64,000 bases of DNA from Chrysomallon squamiferum (lineage: Eukaryota > Animalia > Mollusca). The stretch lies in assembly GCA_012295275.1 (NCBI GenBank), contig CM022666.1, positions 16,678,001-16,742,000 on the forward strand. The letters are read 5' to 3'. This document shows, piece after piece, positions 14,201-27,163 of the stretch. Positions within the stretch are counted from its first letter, which is position 1. Each line of letters begins with the position of its first letter. Under the pieces are notes generated by a model, which did no database searches, was not told where the DNA came from, and saw only the letters and a program-made list of their open reading frames with translations. The translations under genes and the position numbers were made by a program.

Positions 14201-17200
14201 GTAGTGACCTGTCACTAGTGACTGGGTTGTGTATATTTTGTAGGGTGCTGGAATGCAGTGACCTGTCACTAGTGACTGGGTTGTGTTATATTTAATTTTG
14301 TAGGGTGCTGGAATGTAGTGACCTGTCACTAGTGACTGGATTGTGTGTATATATTTTGTAGGGTGCTGGAATGCAGTGACCTGTCACTAGTGACTGGGTT
14401 GTGTGTATTTAATTTTGTAGGGTGCTGGAATGTAGTGACCTGTCAGTGGTAAATGGCTCGTGTAACCCGTACGCTGTTGTGATGCTGACTCATGAAAAGC
14501 CTCGACACAAAGATGTGAAACGTACAAACGTGAAGAAAAAAACTATCTGTCCTCAGTTTGATGAAATATTCTTTTTTGATGTAAGTACATCTCTTTATAC
14601 TGTGTATATAATATACACATCATACAGATAGATAGATGCAACACCTGTGTATAAATGTGTGTATATATAGTATATTAAACAGTGTAAAAGACACAAAACA
14701 GAGAAAACAAAGATCTATATGTGGCTGAGAGATAAGAAGACAGAAGTGGAAATCCTGCAGACACATCATCAGAGTGCAGGATAATTGCTGGACGTCACAT
14801 ACTGTTGCTTGAAAACCACACAAAGGCCAAAGGTCTGAGGAAGACAAGTAAGTGGGTGAAAGGATCAAGTAGATGAAAAGATGAGAGGACAGCAGTAAAG
14901 AGAAAGATGTGATAACAACCTGCTGGGTCCTTTTCCCGTCACACAGAGCTGCACAGTGATGATGATGATGATTATATAAAATGTTTATTTGTATACTATT
15001 ATTAGATTTTAATTTCATATTATTTCTATAAAGTTTGGTGGCATAATATATCTAAATTTCAGTGAAATTCTGAACATGAGTAAGGTGTCAAAATATTAAG
15101 TCCACTGGTTAAATGGTTTCCAAGAAGAAAATTAACAAAAGTTTGAAAAATGTTAACAGTTAATGATGATGCCACATGTATAAATATATAGCATTTTTTC
15201 AGGTTCAATCTCACTGTCATTCTGTTATTAAATGCACATAATAATTGTTTTTTATCATTGAATTAATTATTTATTGTTACTGAATTAACTGTTTATCACT
15301 GAAGTAATTGTTTATTGTTACTGAATTAATTGTTTATCACTGAAGTAATTGTTTATTGTTACTGAATTAACTGTTTATCACTGAAGTAATTGTTTATTGT
15401 TACTGAATTAATTGTTTATCACTGAAGTAATTGTTTATTGAATTATTTGTTGTTTACAGCTGGAAAACAAAGGACAGAATCACGATAGGACATTGTACAC
15501 ATTTGAAGATGTGTTTAGTGCTGAACTCAGGTAATTCAAACATATCACACTCACTCAGACTTTACAAGAAATAAGATATAAACATATTAATCACAGTTCA
15601 GAGCCAGAAAACTTAGCATAATCCTTGTTTTTACTTTTTCTTACAAGTATACATATCATAAAAATGTATGCGAAGGTATCATAGCTGTAATGAAATAATT
15701 TAACATTAAAATATTGAGAAAATCACACAGAAATAACTGAAAATGTTCATCTATACTTTCTAGTTTAGTAGATTATAAATTCTAAAGTTCTAATTTTAGT
15801 TTGATTATAAAATAGATAATACTGCGGTGATGGTGTCAAGAATATTTGATTATTCTTAAAGCATTTTTTTTTTTTTTCTTTGTATGTTATGTTTTCATTT
15901 ATTATTATTTTTTTTATCTTTATCTTCTACTTACTTAATTAAGAATAATTTTCATTGCAAAATTCCAAGTTCAGTAATAAAAAATTACATAAAGTATAGC
16001 TGGGTGCTGAATGAAAGGGGCAGTGTTTGTTTTAGTCCTCTCAGTCTGTTTTCATGAGGGTAAGCTATGCTGAGAGTTGTTGAATGGAAACGTTTGTTGT
16101 TTTCTAGTGTGTCGGTGTGGCACGATGACTCCAGAGTCTCCCGCGAGGTGCTTGGCCACATGTTTCCTGGTTCATTCCTCGGAGAAGTGAGAATTCCACT
16201 CAAAGGTCTTGATATTAACACAGTACACAGAGCTTGGTGAGTTTAATACTGTCTAGTGTGTTAACAGTTAAATAACACTGTACACAGAGCTTGGTGAGTT
16301 TAATACTGTCTAGTATATTCACAGTTAAATAACACTGTACACAGAGCCTGGTGAGTTTAATACTGTCTACTATATTCACAGTTAAATAACACTGTACAGA
16401 GAGTTTTGTGAGTTTAATACTGTCTAGTGTGTTAACAGTTAAATAACACAGTACACAGAGCTTGGTGAGTTTAATACTGTCTAGTGTGTTAACAGTTCAA
16501 TAACATTGTACACAGAGCTTGGTGAGTTTAATACTGTCTAGTATATTCACAGTTAAATAACACTGTACACAGAGCTTGGTGAGTTTAATACTGTCTACTA
16601 TATTCACAGTTAAATAACACTGTACAGAGAGTTTGGTGAGTTTAATACTGTCTAGTATATTCACTTGGTGAGTTTAAATAACAGTTAAATAACACTGTAC
16701 ACAGAGCTTGGTGAGTTTAATACTGTCTAGTGTGTTAACAGTTAAATAACACTGTACACAGAGCTTGGTGAGTTTAATACTGTCTAGTGTGTTAACAGTT
16801 AAATAACACTGTACACAGAGCTTGGTGAGTTTAATACTGTCTAGTATATTCACAGTTAAATAACATTGTACACAGAGCTTGGTGAGTTTAATACTGTCTA
16901 GTATATTCACAGTTAAATAACACCCTACACAGAGCTTGGTGAGTTTAATATTGTTAGTATATTCACAGTTAAATAACACTATCATTTGTATGTATATAAA
17001 ATGTATTGTATTTAAATGTGTATATAAAATGGGTTTATGTATTATGGATTCATATATTGTGTTATATATAATGTGTTGTACATGTAATGTGTTTCATATA
17101 TGTGTTTGTGTGTGTGTGTAATGTGTTATGTATATAATGTGTTGTTTATGTAATGTGTTGTGTATATAATGTGTTGTATATATAATGTGTTGTATATGTA

Positions 17201-19048
17201 ATGTGTTATATATATAACATGTTGTGTATATAATGTGTTGTGTATATAATGTGTTGTGTATATAGTGTGTTGTGTATATAGTGAAGTATATATAATGTGT
17301 TGCAGGTATTGTTTGTGTGGAAGACAGAACAGTAAACACAGTCAACACGACATCGGCTCTCTACGACTGAGAATCAACTACGCCACCGACCACATCTTCC
17401 TCTCTCACTACTACAACGATCTCCGTGACTTCATACTCAGATCACCTGAAATACAGGTAAGTTTTGTTATCTTACTACTACAGCTACTACAACAACCTCT
17501 ACAACAACCTCTGTGATTCCATACTCAGATCACCTGAAATACAGGTAAGTTTTGTTATGTTACTACTACAACAACTACTACAACAACCTCTGATTTCATA
17601 CTCAGATCACCTGAAATACAGGTAAGTTTTGTTATGTTACTACTACAACAACTACTACAACAACCTCTGTGACTTCATACTCAGATCACCTGAAATACAG
17701 GTAAGTTTTATTTATGTTATGACTCTCTGTGACTTCATACTCAGATCACCTGAAATATAGGTAAGTTTTTTTATCTTACTACTACAACTACTACTACAAC
17801 AACCTTTGTGACTTCATACTCAGATCACCTGAAATACAGGTAAGTTTTGTTATCTTACTACTACAACTACTACTACAACCTCTGTGACTTCATATTCACA
17901 TCACCTGATATATAAGTAAGTTTTATTTATCTTACTACAACAACTACTACAACAACCTCTGTAACTTCAGACTAGGATCATAGTGATTATTTTCATAATT
18001 TAATTATGTTGTTTTTTATTTACTGCTGGATTCAGTTCACATAGGACAGGAAAGCTGTAACAAATCATTCTTCCTTTTGTCTTTATTGTTATTCTTTTTC
18101 ATAAGCCAAAGAATAAAAATCTGTTACGTTGAGTAGACCATGCATGATGACAGTGAGTTGTGTAGTCCTTAAATATATGTTTGATGTGATGATGATAGTA
18201 AGCAGACAACAACCTCTGATTTGACAGCCAGTGACGTCGAGTGCAGCTCACATCCTGGGTCACGTGTCTGACAACAAACAGGAGTGTGCCCAGCCACTGA
18301 TGAAACTCTTTCTCCACCACAACAAACTCATACCTCTAGTCACCTGCCTCGCAGACTGGGAAATGTCACGCACCATGTAACCATTTCTTTTTACTCTGAT
18401 GTAAACGCATAACTGGAAATGTATACAGTTGTTTCTGCATAAATATATACATATACGTATATGTAAATAAATAAATAAAAAACAAACTAGCATGAGAATA
18501 AAAAAAAATCAAATATTGAGCAAGTCTGAAATTAATTCCAGATATCTACTGAAAATACGTTCAAATTTTAATTATTTAATTTTTATTTATTGATTTATTT
18601 TGTTATTTATTAAAGATAGTGTTCTGTATAATATAAAAAAACACCAGTTTACAAACCGAACATCTGACAGAAGTAATCAGACAGTTTTCATCAATCTGTC
18701 ATTTTCTGCGTTTTTGTGTACACAAAATAATAATGGAGTTTTGGTTTGTTTTTCTTGCACAAAAAGTTGTAAATTAATTTGTTTTATTTTCATCCAGTAA
18801 TTGTGATTCTGATAAGAAATTAAATTTATTTTACTATTTGTTCCAGTTTTGTAAGTTTTCTGTGAGTTGTTTTGTTTGTTTATTAACTATGATGTTACTT
18901 TCAGTGACAGTAATACTTTTTTCCGAGGGAATTCTCTGCTGTCAAAGATTATAGATGAGTTGATGAAGCTTGTTGGAATTCCTTATCTGCAGGACACACT
19001 CAAACCTTCCATAAACAAGGTATGTTAAATAGCAAATATCTATCTATC

Positions 19049-19126
<78 letters not shown>

Positions 19127-22100
19127 ATTTGAATTGATTTATACATTAAATATGTTTATAACAGCTGAATGTTTGAAGTAACTGATGTTTACTGTTTTTG
19201 TCAGATTTGTTCTGAAGTAACTGATGTTCACTGTTTTTGTCAGATTTGTTCTGAAGTAACTGATGTTCAATGTTTTTGTCAGATTTGTTCTGAAGTAACT
19301 GATGTTCAATGTTTTTGTCAGATTTGTTCTGAAGTAACTGATGTTCACTGTTTTTGTTAGATTTGTTCTGAAGTAACTGATGTTCACTGTTTTTGTCAGA
19401 TTTGTTCAGAAGTAACTGATGTTCACTGTTTTTGTTAGATTTGTTCTGAAGTAACTGATGTTCACTGTTTTTGTCAGATTTGTTCTGAAGTAACTGATGT
19501 TCACTGTTTTTGTTAGATTTGTTCTGATGTAACTGATGTTCACTTTTTTGTCAGATTTGTTCTGATGTAACTGATATTCAATGTTTTTGTCAGATTTGTT
19601 CTGAAGTAACTGATGTTCAATGTTTTTGTCAGATTTGTTCTGAAGTAACTCATGTTCACTGTTTTTGTCAGATTTGTTCTGAGCAGCTGAACTGTGAGAT
19701 CGACGAGACTCGGCTCAGGGACGGGGAGAACATCAACGAAAACTTAGTGAGTAAAAAAAACTCAAATATTTTTATCTCATTGGGAAACTAATCATTTATT
19801 CCTTAATGTATTTTCTGACTTGTTTCTTTTTCACATTATATTTCTTTTTTTTTTTTTTTTTTCTTTTCAGTTTTTAATCTTTCATTCTTCATTTTGTTCT
19901 TTCTTTCTGGTTATTTCTTTAGTAGAACTACCATTATTTTTATTTTGAGATTGTGTGCAGACACATACAGTTAAGTAACTTACTTTGTTATTGGGTTAAC
20001 TTGACTATATGACAAATTTAAATTAACAATGTGTTATGTTTTCAGGCAAATTTAAAGAGCTATGTGATAGAAATACAAATTAACAATGTGTTGTGTTTTC
20101 AGGCAAATTTAAAGAGCTATGTGATAGAAATACAAATTAACAATGTGTTGTGTTTTCAGGCAAATTTAAAGAGCTATGTGATAGAAATACAAATTAACAA
20201 TGTGTTATGTTTTCAGGCAAATTTAAAGAGCTATGTGATAGAAATACAAATTAACAATGTGTTTAAAGAGCTATGTGATAGAAATACAAATTAACAATGT
20301 GCTATGTTTTCAGGCTAATTTAAAGAGCTATGTGATAGAAATACAAATTAACAATGTGCTGTGTTTTCAGGCAAATTTAAAGAGCTATGTGATAGAAATA
20401 CAAATTGTCAATGTGTTATGTTTTCAGGCAAATTTAAAGAGCTATGTGATAGAAGTTGTTACTGCAATAACAAATTCAGGGTTGGTTTGTCCCAGTGTAA
20501 TGAAAGACGTGTTCCATGCTCTCAAAGAAGTGGCCACCAAGTACTTCCCAGGTACAAAACTTAAAGTACTTTAATTGATTTAAACAGATCTTTATTTATT
20601 TATTAAATTTGTTGGGTGTTTTTTTTATGTTTTTTTTTTTAATTTATTACTTAATCTTTTTGTTTTGAAATATTTTTTTATATATATATTTTTATTTATT
20701 TTTATTATCTAATACTTTAATAATCTGGTTTTTGTTTTGATTGTAAACAGATTTTTATTTTATTTTATTATTTAATCTTAAAGTTTTTAAACATAGAATT
20801 TTGTTCTATGCTTTATTTGAACTGCTGTTTATTTTTTAATTATGATTATTATTGTTGTTATTCTATTATTATTATTATTATTAATTACTGTTGTTGTTGT
20901 TGCTATTGTTGTTTTGACACAGTATCATGATTTAATGTGTTTTATTGTTAAACGTGTTTAATGTTGCAGGAAACACAACAATAAAGTATCGAGTGATCAG
21001 CAGTTTTGTCTTTCTGCGCTTCTTCGCACCAGCCATCATGGGACCAAAACTTTTTGATCTGTATTCCGAGTCACAGGTGTGTTAGTGTTTTTAAACTTTT
21101 TGATCTTTATTCCGAGTCACAGGTGTGTTAGTGTTTTTAAACTTTTTGATCTTTATTCCGAGTCACAGGTGTGTTAGTGTTTTTAAACTTTTTGATCTTT
21201 ATTCCGAGTCACAGGTGTGTCAGTGTTTTTAAACTTTTTGATCTTTATTCCGAGTCACAGGTGTGTTAGTGTTTTTAAACTTTTTGATCTTTATTCCGAG
21301 TCACAGGTGTGTTAGTGTTTTTAAACTTTTTGATCTGTATTCCGAGTCACAGGTGTGTTAGTGTTTTTAAACTTTTTGATCTGTATTCCGAGTCACAGGT
21401 GTGTTAGTGTTTTTAAACTTTTTGATGTTTATTCCGAGTCACAGGTGTGTTAGTGTTTTTAAACTTTTTGATCTTTATTCTGATTCACAGGTGTGTTAGT
21501 GTTTTTAAACTTTTTGATCTGTATTCCGAGTCACAGGTGTGTTAGTGTTTTTAAACTTTTTGATCTTTATTCTGAGACACAGGTGTGTTAGTGTTTTAAA
21601 CTTTTTGATTTTATTCCGAGTCACAGGTGTGTTAGTGTTTTAAAACTTTTGATCTTTATTCCGAGTCACAGGTGTGTTAGTGTTTTTAAACTTTTTGATC
21701 TTTATTCTGATTCACAGGTGTGTTAGTGTTTTTAAACTTTTTGATCTGTATTCCGAGTCACAGGTGTGTTAGTGTTTTTAAACTTTTTGATCTTTATTCT
21801 GAGACACAGGTGTGTCAGTGTTTTTAAACTTTTTGATCTTTATTCCGAGTCACAGGTGTGTTAGTGTTTTTAAACTTTTTGATCTTTATTCCGAGTCACA
21901 GGTGTGTCAGTGTTTTTAAACTTTTTGATCTTTATTCCGAGTCACAGGTGTGTCAGTGTTTTTAAACTTTTTGATCTTTATTCCGAGTCACAGGTGTGTT
22001 AGTGTTTTTAAAGTCAGTTTTTGATTTTTTTTCTTAAATATAAATAATTTAGCAGCTGAAAAGAATTGAGAGGACCTAGTTAATGGATTATTTTTGATTG

Positions 22101-22296
22101 TGTCCCTTAAATGATGCTGAAATTAGTAAAACTCAGCACTTCACAGGAACAAATACAAACAAGTTAACAATTAAAACAATGATTGATGACGTTGTGACAG
22201 TTGGTCTTTTAGGTTGGGGTCACCCTATTTCACTTATTATTATAAACAAATGGTTTCTTGCTTCAGTGTACTCACTCTTTTATGTACTCACTAAAT

Positions 22297-22334
<38 letters not shown>

Positions 22335-22546
22335 ATTTATTTATTTGTTTAACAAAAATGTCAGTGTTATATTAAATGTTGTTTTTTCCAGGCGACTTCG
22401 TTGTGTAGGACTCTGACTCTGATCTCTAAGACAGTTCAAGGTCTAGTCAATGTCGTCAGCTCTAAATCTGTGAGTTATCTAAACTTGTCTAAACATTGTC
22501 TCTTCACAGAATTAGTTACACATATACAGGTGTGAATGCTTGTATA

Positions 22547-22577
<31 letters not shown>

Positions 22578-24851
22578 ATGTATATGTGAGCATGTGTAGT
22601 GTGTGTTTGTTACAATGGATTACTTTAACGTAAGTTTTTTATATTTTAACATGTATACCTTTTTATTACATATTACTTTAATGACAACAGTTACATGTTT
22701 TAAGTGTGTATGTAGTGAGAGTATATGAACCATTTTTAACAGTATATATAAATGGTTATATAGTTTAACTATGTATAATAATGGTTATGTAGTTTTACAG
22801 TGTATAATTGTGGTTATATAGTTTAACAGTGTATAATAATTGTTACATAATTTAACTATGTATAATAATGGTTATATAGTTTAACAGTGTATAATTGTGG
22901 TTATATAGTTTAACAGTGTATAATAATTGTTACATAATTTAACTATATATAATAATGGTTTATAGTTTAACAGTGTATAATTGTGGTTATATAGTTTAAC
23001 AGTGTATAATAATTGTTACATAATTTAACTGTATAATAATGGTTATATTGTTTTACAGTGTGTATATAAGTAATACATGTTTAAGAGATATATGTAGCTG
23101 GTTACTTACTGCAACACAAACTGTTGCAGATTTTGTACATAAAAGTGATTACATCTTTTAACATATAAATGGTTACACAGTGTAAATGATTACATGTTTT
23201 TACAAGTTATAAATGATATATTTTCACAGGTGCCCTTCGGTGCTAAAGAGAAGTACATGATTCCTTTGTTTGAGTGTCTGTCAGAGGCTCAGTTTGTTGA
23301 TGCAATTAAAATGGTAAACTTTTATAGTTCTCTAAATTATTTAAATATTTAATTCTCCTTTATTAGATTAAAGTTTTGTTACATTTTTAAATAATATCTG
23401 AAGAAAAAAATTAGGTAGTTAAACTTGTTAATAACAGAAAAAAAAAAATGATTTCACTTTATTTTTTTGAATATTTAATAAATATTTATTTATTGTTTTG
23501 TTCTTTCAGTTTCTGGATATAGTTTCATCTCAGACTGGGACACATTCTCGGTGTATTGAAGCTCCCATAGTTCTCAAAGAAGGGTGAGGTTTAAACTGTG
23601 ATCAAACGCTTCACAATTATTACTTTATTTCTTAAAACAAACATTTCTCCCTTGTTACTGTACAATCTTTGACAATAATAAAGCATGACGGCAATGATGT
23701 TGATTATGTTTGAAGATATCACCATTTTCTTTGTAAAGAAACATTCTTGATAATGAAGTATAACAATTAAGTATCTAAACTTTTCAGACAAAAAAGTATG
23801 ACAGTAAATATGTATACATTTTGAAATAACAAAGTATAATCATAATAATAATAATATATAAAGTTTGTAAATAATAAAGTGTATAACAATATACATGAAT
23901 TTTTTAAATAATAAAGTATATTAATAATAATATAGAAAGTTTGTAAATAATAAAGTATAATAATAATAATATAGAAAGTTTGTCAATAATAAATTGCAGA
24001 TATAAAAAACTTTGCTGATAATAAAGTAACATTTGATTTTCAGAATGTTGATAAAACGAGCTCAGGGAAGGAAGAGGATTGGTTTGAAGAATTTTAAACG
24101 TAGATATTTCTGTCTGACCAACCAGTACCTGTCCTACTCCAAGTCTAAAGGTAAAACAAACAGTGATTAGAAATTTTAAACGTAGATATTTCTGTCTGAC
24201 CAACCAGTACCTGTCCTACTCCAAGTCTAAAGGTAAAACAAACAATGATTAGAAATTTTAAACGTAGATATTTCTGTCTGACCAACCAGTACCTGTCCTA
24301 CTCCAAGTCTAAAGGTAAAACAAACAATGATTAGACATTTTAAACGTAGATATTTCTGTCTGACCAACCAGTACCTGTCCTACTCCAAGTCTAAAGGTAA
24401 AACAAACAATGATTAGAAATTTTAAACGTAGATATTTCTGTCTGACCAACCAGTACCTGTCCTACTCCAAGTCTAAAGGTAAAACAAACAATGATTAGAA
24501 ATTTTAAACGTAGATATTTCTGTCTGACCAACCAGTACCTGTCCTACTCCAAGTCTAAAGGTAAAACAAACAGTGATTAGACATTACAATACAGTCATTT
24601 TTATTTCTATTTTTACTTCATTTTGTATATATAACCTCTTTTAGTTTTATATTAATGTCATTTTCTTGTTCTTTTAAAAAAAAAAATAGATTTCTTTTTT
24701 TAACTGACGTTCTCTCTGTTTCTCTCTCTCTCTCTCTCTGTCTGTCTCTGTCTCTTTGTCTCTCTGTCTGTCTGTAACATGTTCATTTGTTACTACAGAT
24801 GAAAAACTGCTGTTTGATTCCTATTGAAGACATCCTCTCTGTCTCTCTCTC

Positions 24852-24884
<33 letters not shown>

Positions 24885-26244
24885 GTCTCTCTGTCTGTCT
24901 GTAACATGTTTGTTTGTTACTACAGATGAAAAACCGCTGTGTTTGATTCCTATTGAAGACATCCTGGCTGTTGAAAGACTTCAAGAAGAATCATTTAAAA
25001 TGAAATATGTAAGTAACAAAAATAGTTCAAATTAAAAAAAAAAATTTATTATTCGATTTAAAATAACAAAAACAGTTTTTAAAAAATTTATTTTTCTATG
25101 TAAAATGGAATATCTAAGTAACAATAATAGCATTTTCAAAAATCCTTTTATTGATATGTTTAAAATGAAAAATGCAAGGCTTCCCTTTGAGCGACTGTGA
25201 TGTTAAAAAAAGTACGGGTTAGTTGCCCAATAAGTATTATTTGGTTGACGTTTTTTTCTGTTACAACACAAGAAGAATTAATAATCATTTTATCACAAAT
25301 ATTTATTTCACATAACAGGTTTGTTCATAGCTGGATAAATTGACATATTGGCTTACCTTAATTTGTCTCTGTTTATAAACACTAATTTTGTAGACTGGAT
25401 GTGCAAGTATTTAACTGTAAACTTGATAAACAGAACCACGAGTCTAGCTGAAAAGTATCCTAAAACAGTATCATAAAACAGTATCATAAAACAGTATCAT
25501 AAAACAGTATTGTAAAACTGACTGATCAGATTATATCCTGCTGAATACACAGACAAATCCGAACCTTCCTGACTGAATCTTATCTGCTGCATGGAGTTCC
25601 AATTTCTCATTGTTTCTTTTCTCTTTGAAGTGATTTCTTTGATTGGTTGCTTAATTTGGTGCCTATTGAAAAGAATAATCTTACATCAGAAGTTAATGAT
25701 CAAATTCACTTAAAAGCTGAAATATAAAAATTTTTGTTTGGGCTACCAAAACAAATTTGGGCCACTGAATGTTTTTCAGGATGAATATTTAGTGGCTCAA
25801 ATTTATTTCTTGGGTCACCATGTATTTCAGATGAGTTTCGAGCCCTGATATATAAGTATTAACAGTAGTTTCAAATAAAATTTTAGTTTTGTATTTAAAA
25901 TGAAATAATGTAACTAACAATAATATTTGCTTTTTTCAATTGTTTTTACTCATTTTGTAAATATAGTATGTTTTTAAAGAAATCTGGTGTTTATGTAATT
26001 ACAATAGATATTGATTTTGTTGAATTTGTTTGATAATATTTTTAATTTTAAAAAATGTTTGGTAAATATTTTTCAGATGTTTCAAGTAATCCAGCCACAG
26101 CATGCTCTGTACATACAAGCAACAAACTGTGTGGAAGAGAAACAGTGGTGAGTGCAAACACTCTACACAGATTTGTCTTGTTCAGTCGGAGAATTAAATA
26201 ATCCAGATATATTGTCTGCAGTCGTTGACACAAATGCACATGCG

Positions 26245-26276
<32 letters not shown>

Positions 26277-27001
26277 CACACAGAGAGACACACACACACA
26301 CACATGCACGCACACACTCGGAGACAGACAGATATGTATTGATATTTAAGAAACACAAATCTGACTAGTTTTAATGATAAACTGACTGTGTTGTGTTGTG
26401 TTGTGTTGCAGGTTGGATATTCTGACCAAAGTGTGCAACACAAACAAAAACAGACTGAAGACATATCACCCTGCAGCTTTCATGAACGGCCACTGGCTCT
26501 GGTAAAAACATTTTTATTACTCTTACTTGATAAATAATATTTTTAATTACTGTCTGTAGCACATAGTACAGTTAATATTGTTTTAAATGTTTTAATGTAA
26601 CGCTAAGTCGACAAAGAAGTTTTAAAATGTTTAAAATGTTTTTTTATTGTTATAAAGTAATAAACAAGTAAAATGGGGTTTTTGGGGTTTTTTTTTCTGG
26701 AGTTGACTAACAAGAAAATGTTGTTTTTCTGTAGTAAATATTAAAACTGTTGTTTTTCTGTAGTTATAAATAAATGTTTAAAAATGTTGTTGTAGTTGTA
26801 AGTAAATGTTAAAACTGTTGTTGTAGTTGTAAGTCGACAGACACAACCGTGGCAGGTTGTACTCCGGTGTCGGGTGGACTTCCTGTCACTGAGATTCAGA
26901 TAAACATCGACTCAGATCGCGAGGTTGAGAAAATTCACTCTCTCTTCCTTAGCAACATGGACAAACTAGACTCACTGCAAGGTAGCCTCTGTTTCACTTT
27001 A

Positions 27002-27058
<57 letters not shown>

Positions 27059-27096
27059 TATTATTATTATTATCATTATTACTACTATTGTCATTA

Positions 27097-27163
<67 letters not shown>

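Noticed and set aside
13188-24581. Regularly spaced 39-82 nt repeats resembling CRISPR arrays
   Set aside because: Units are head-to-tail with no unique spacers, there are no cas genes, and the context is eukaryotic introns.
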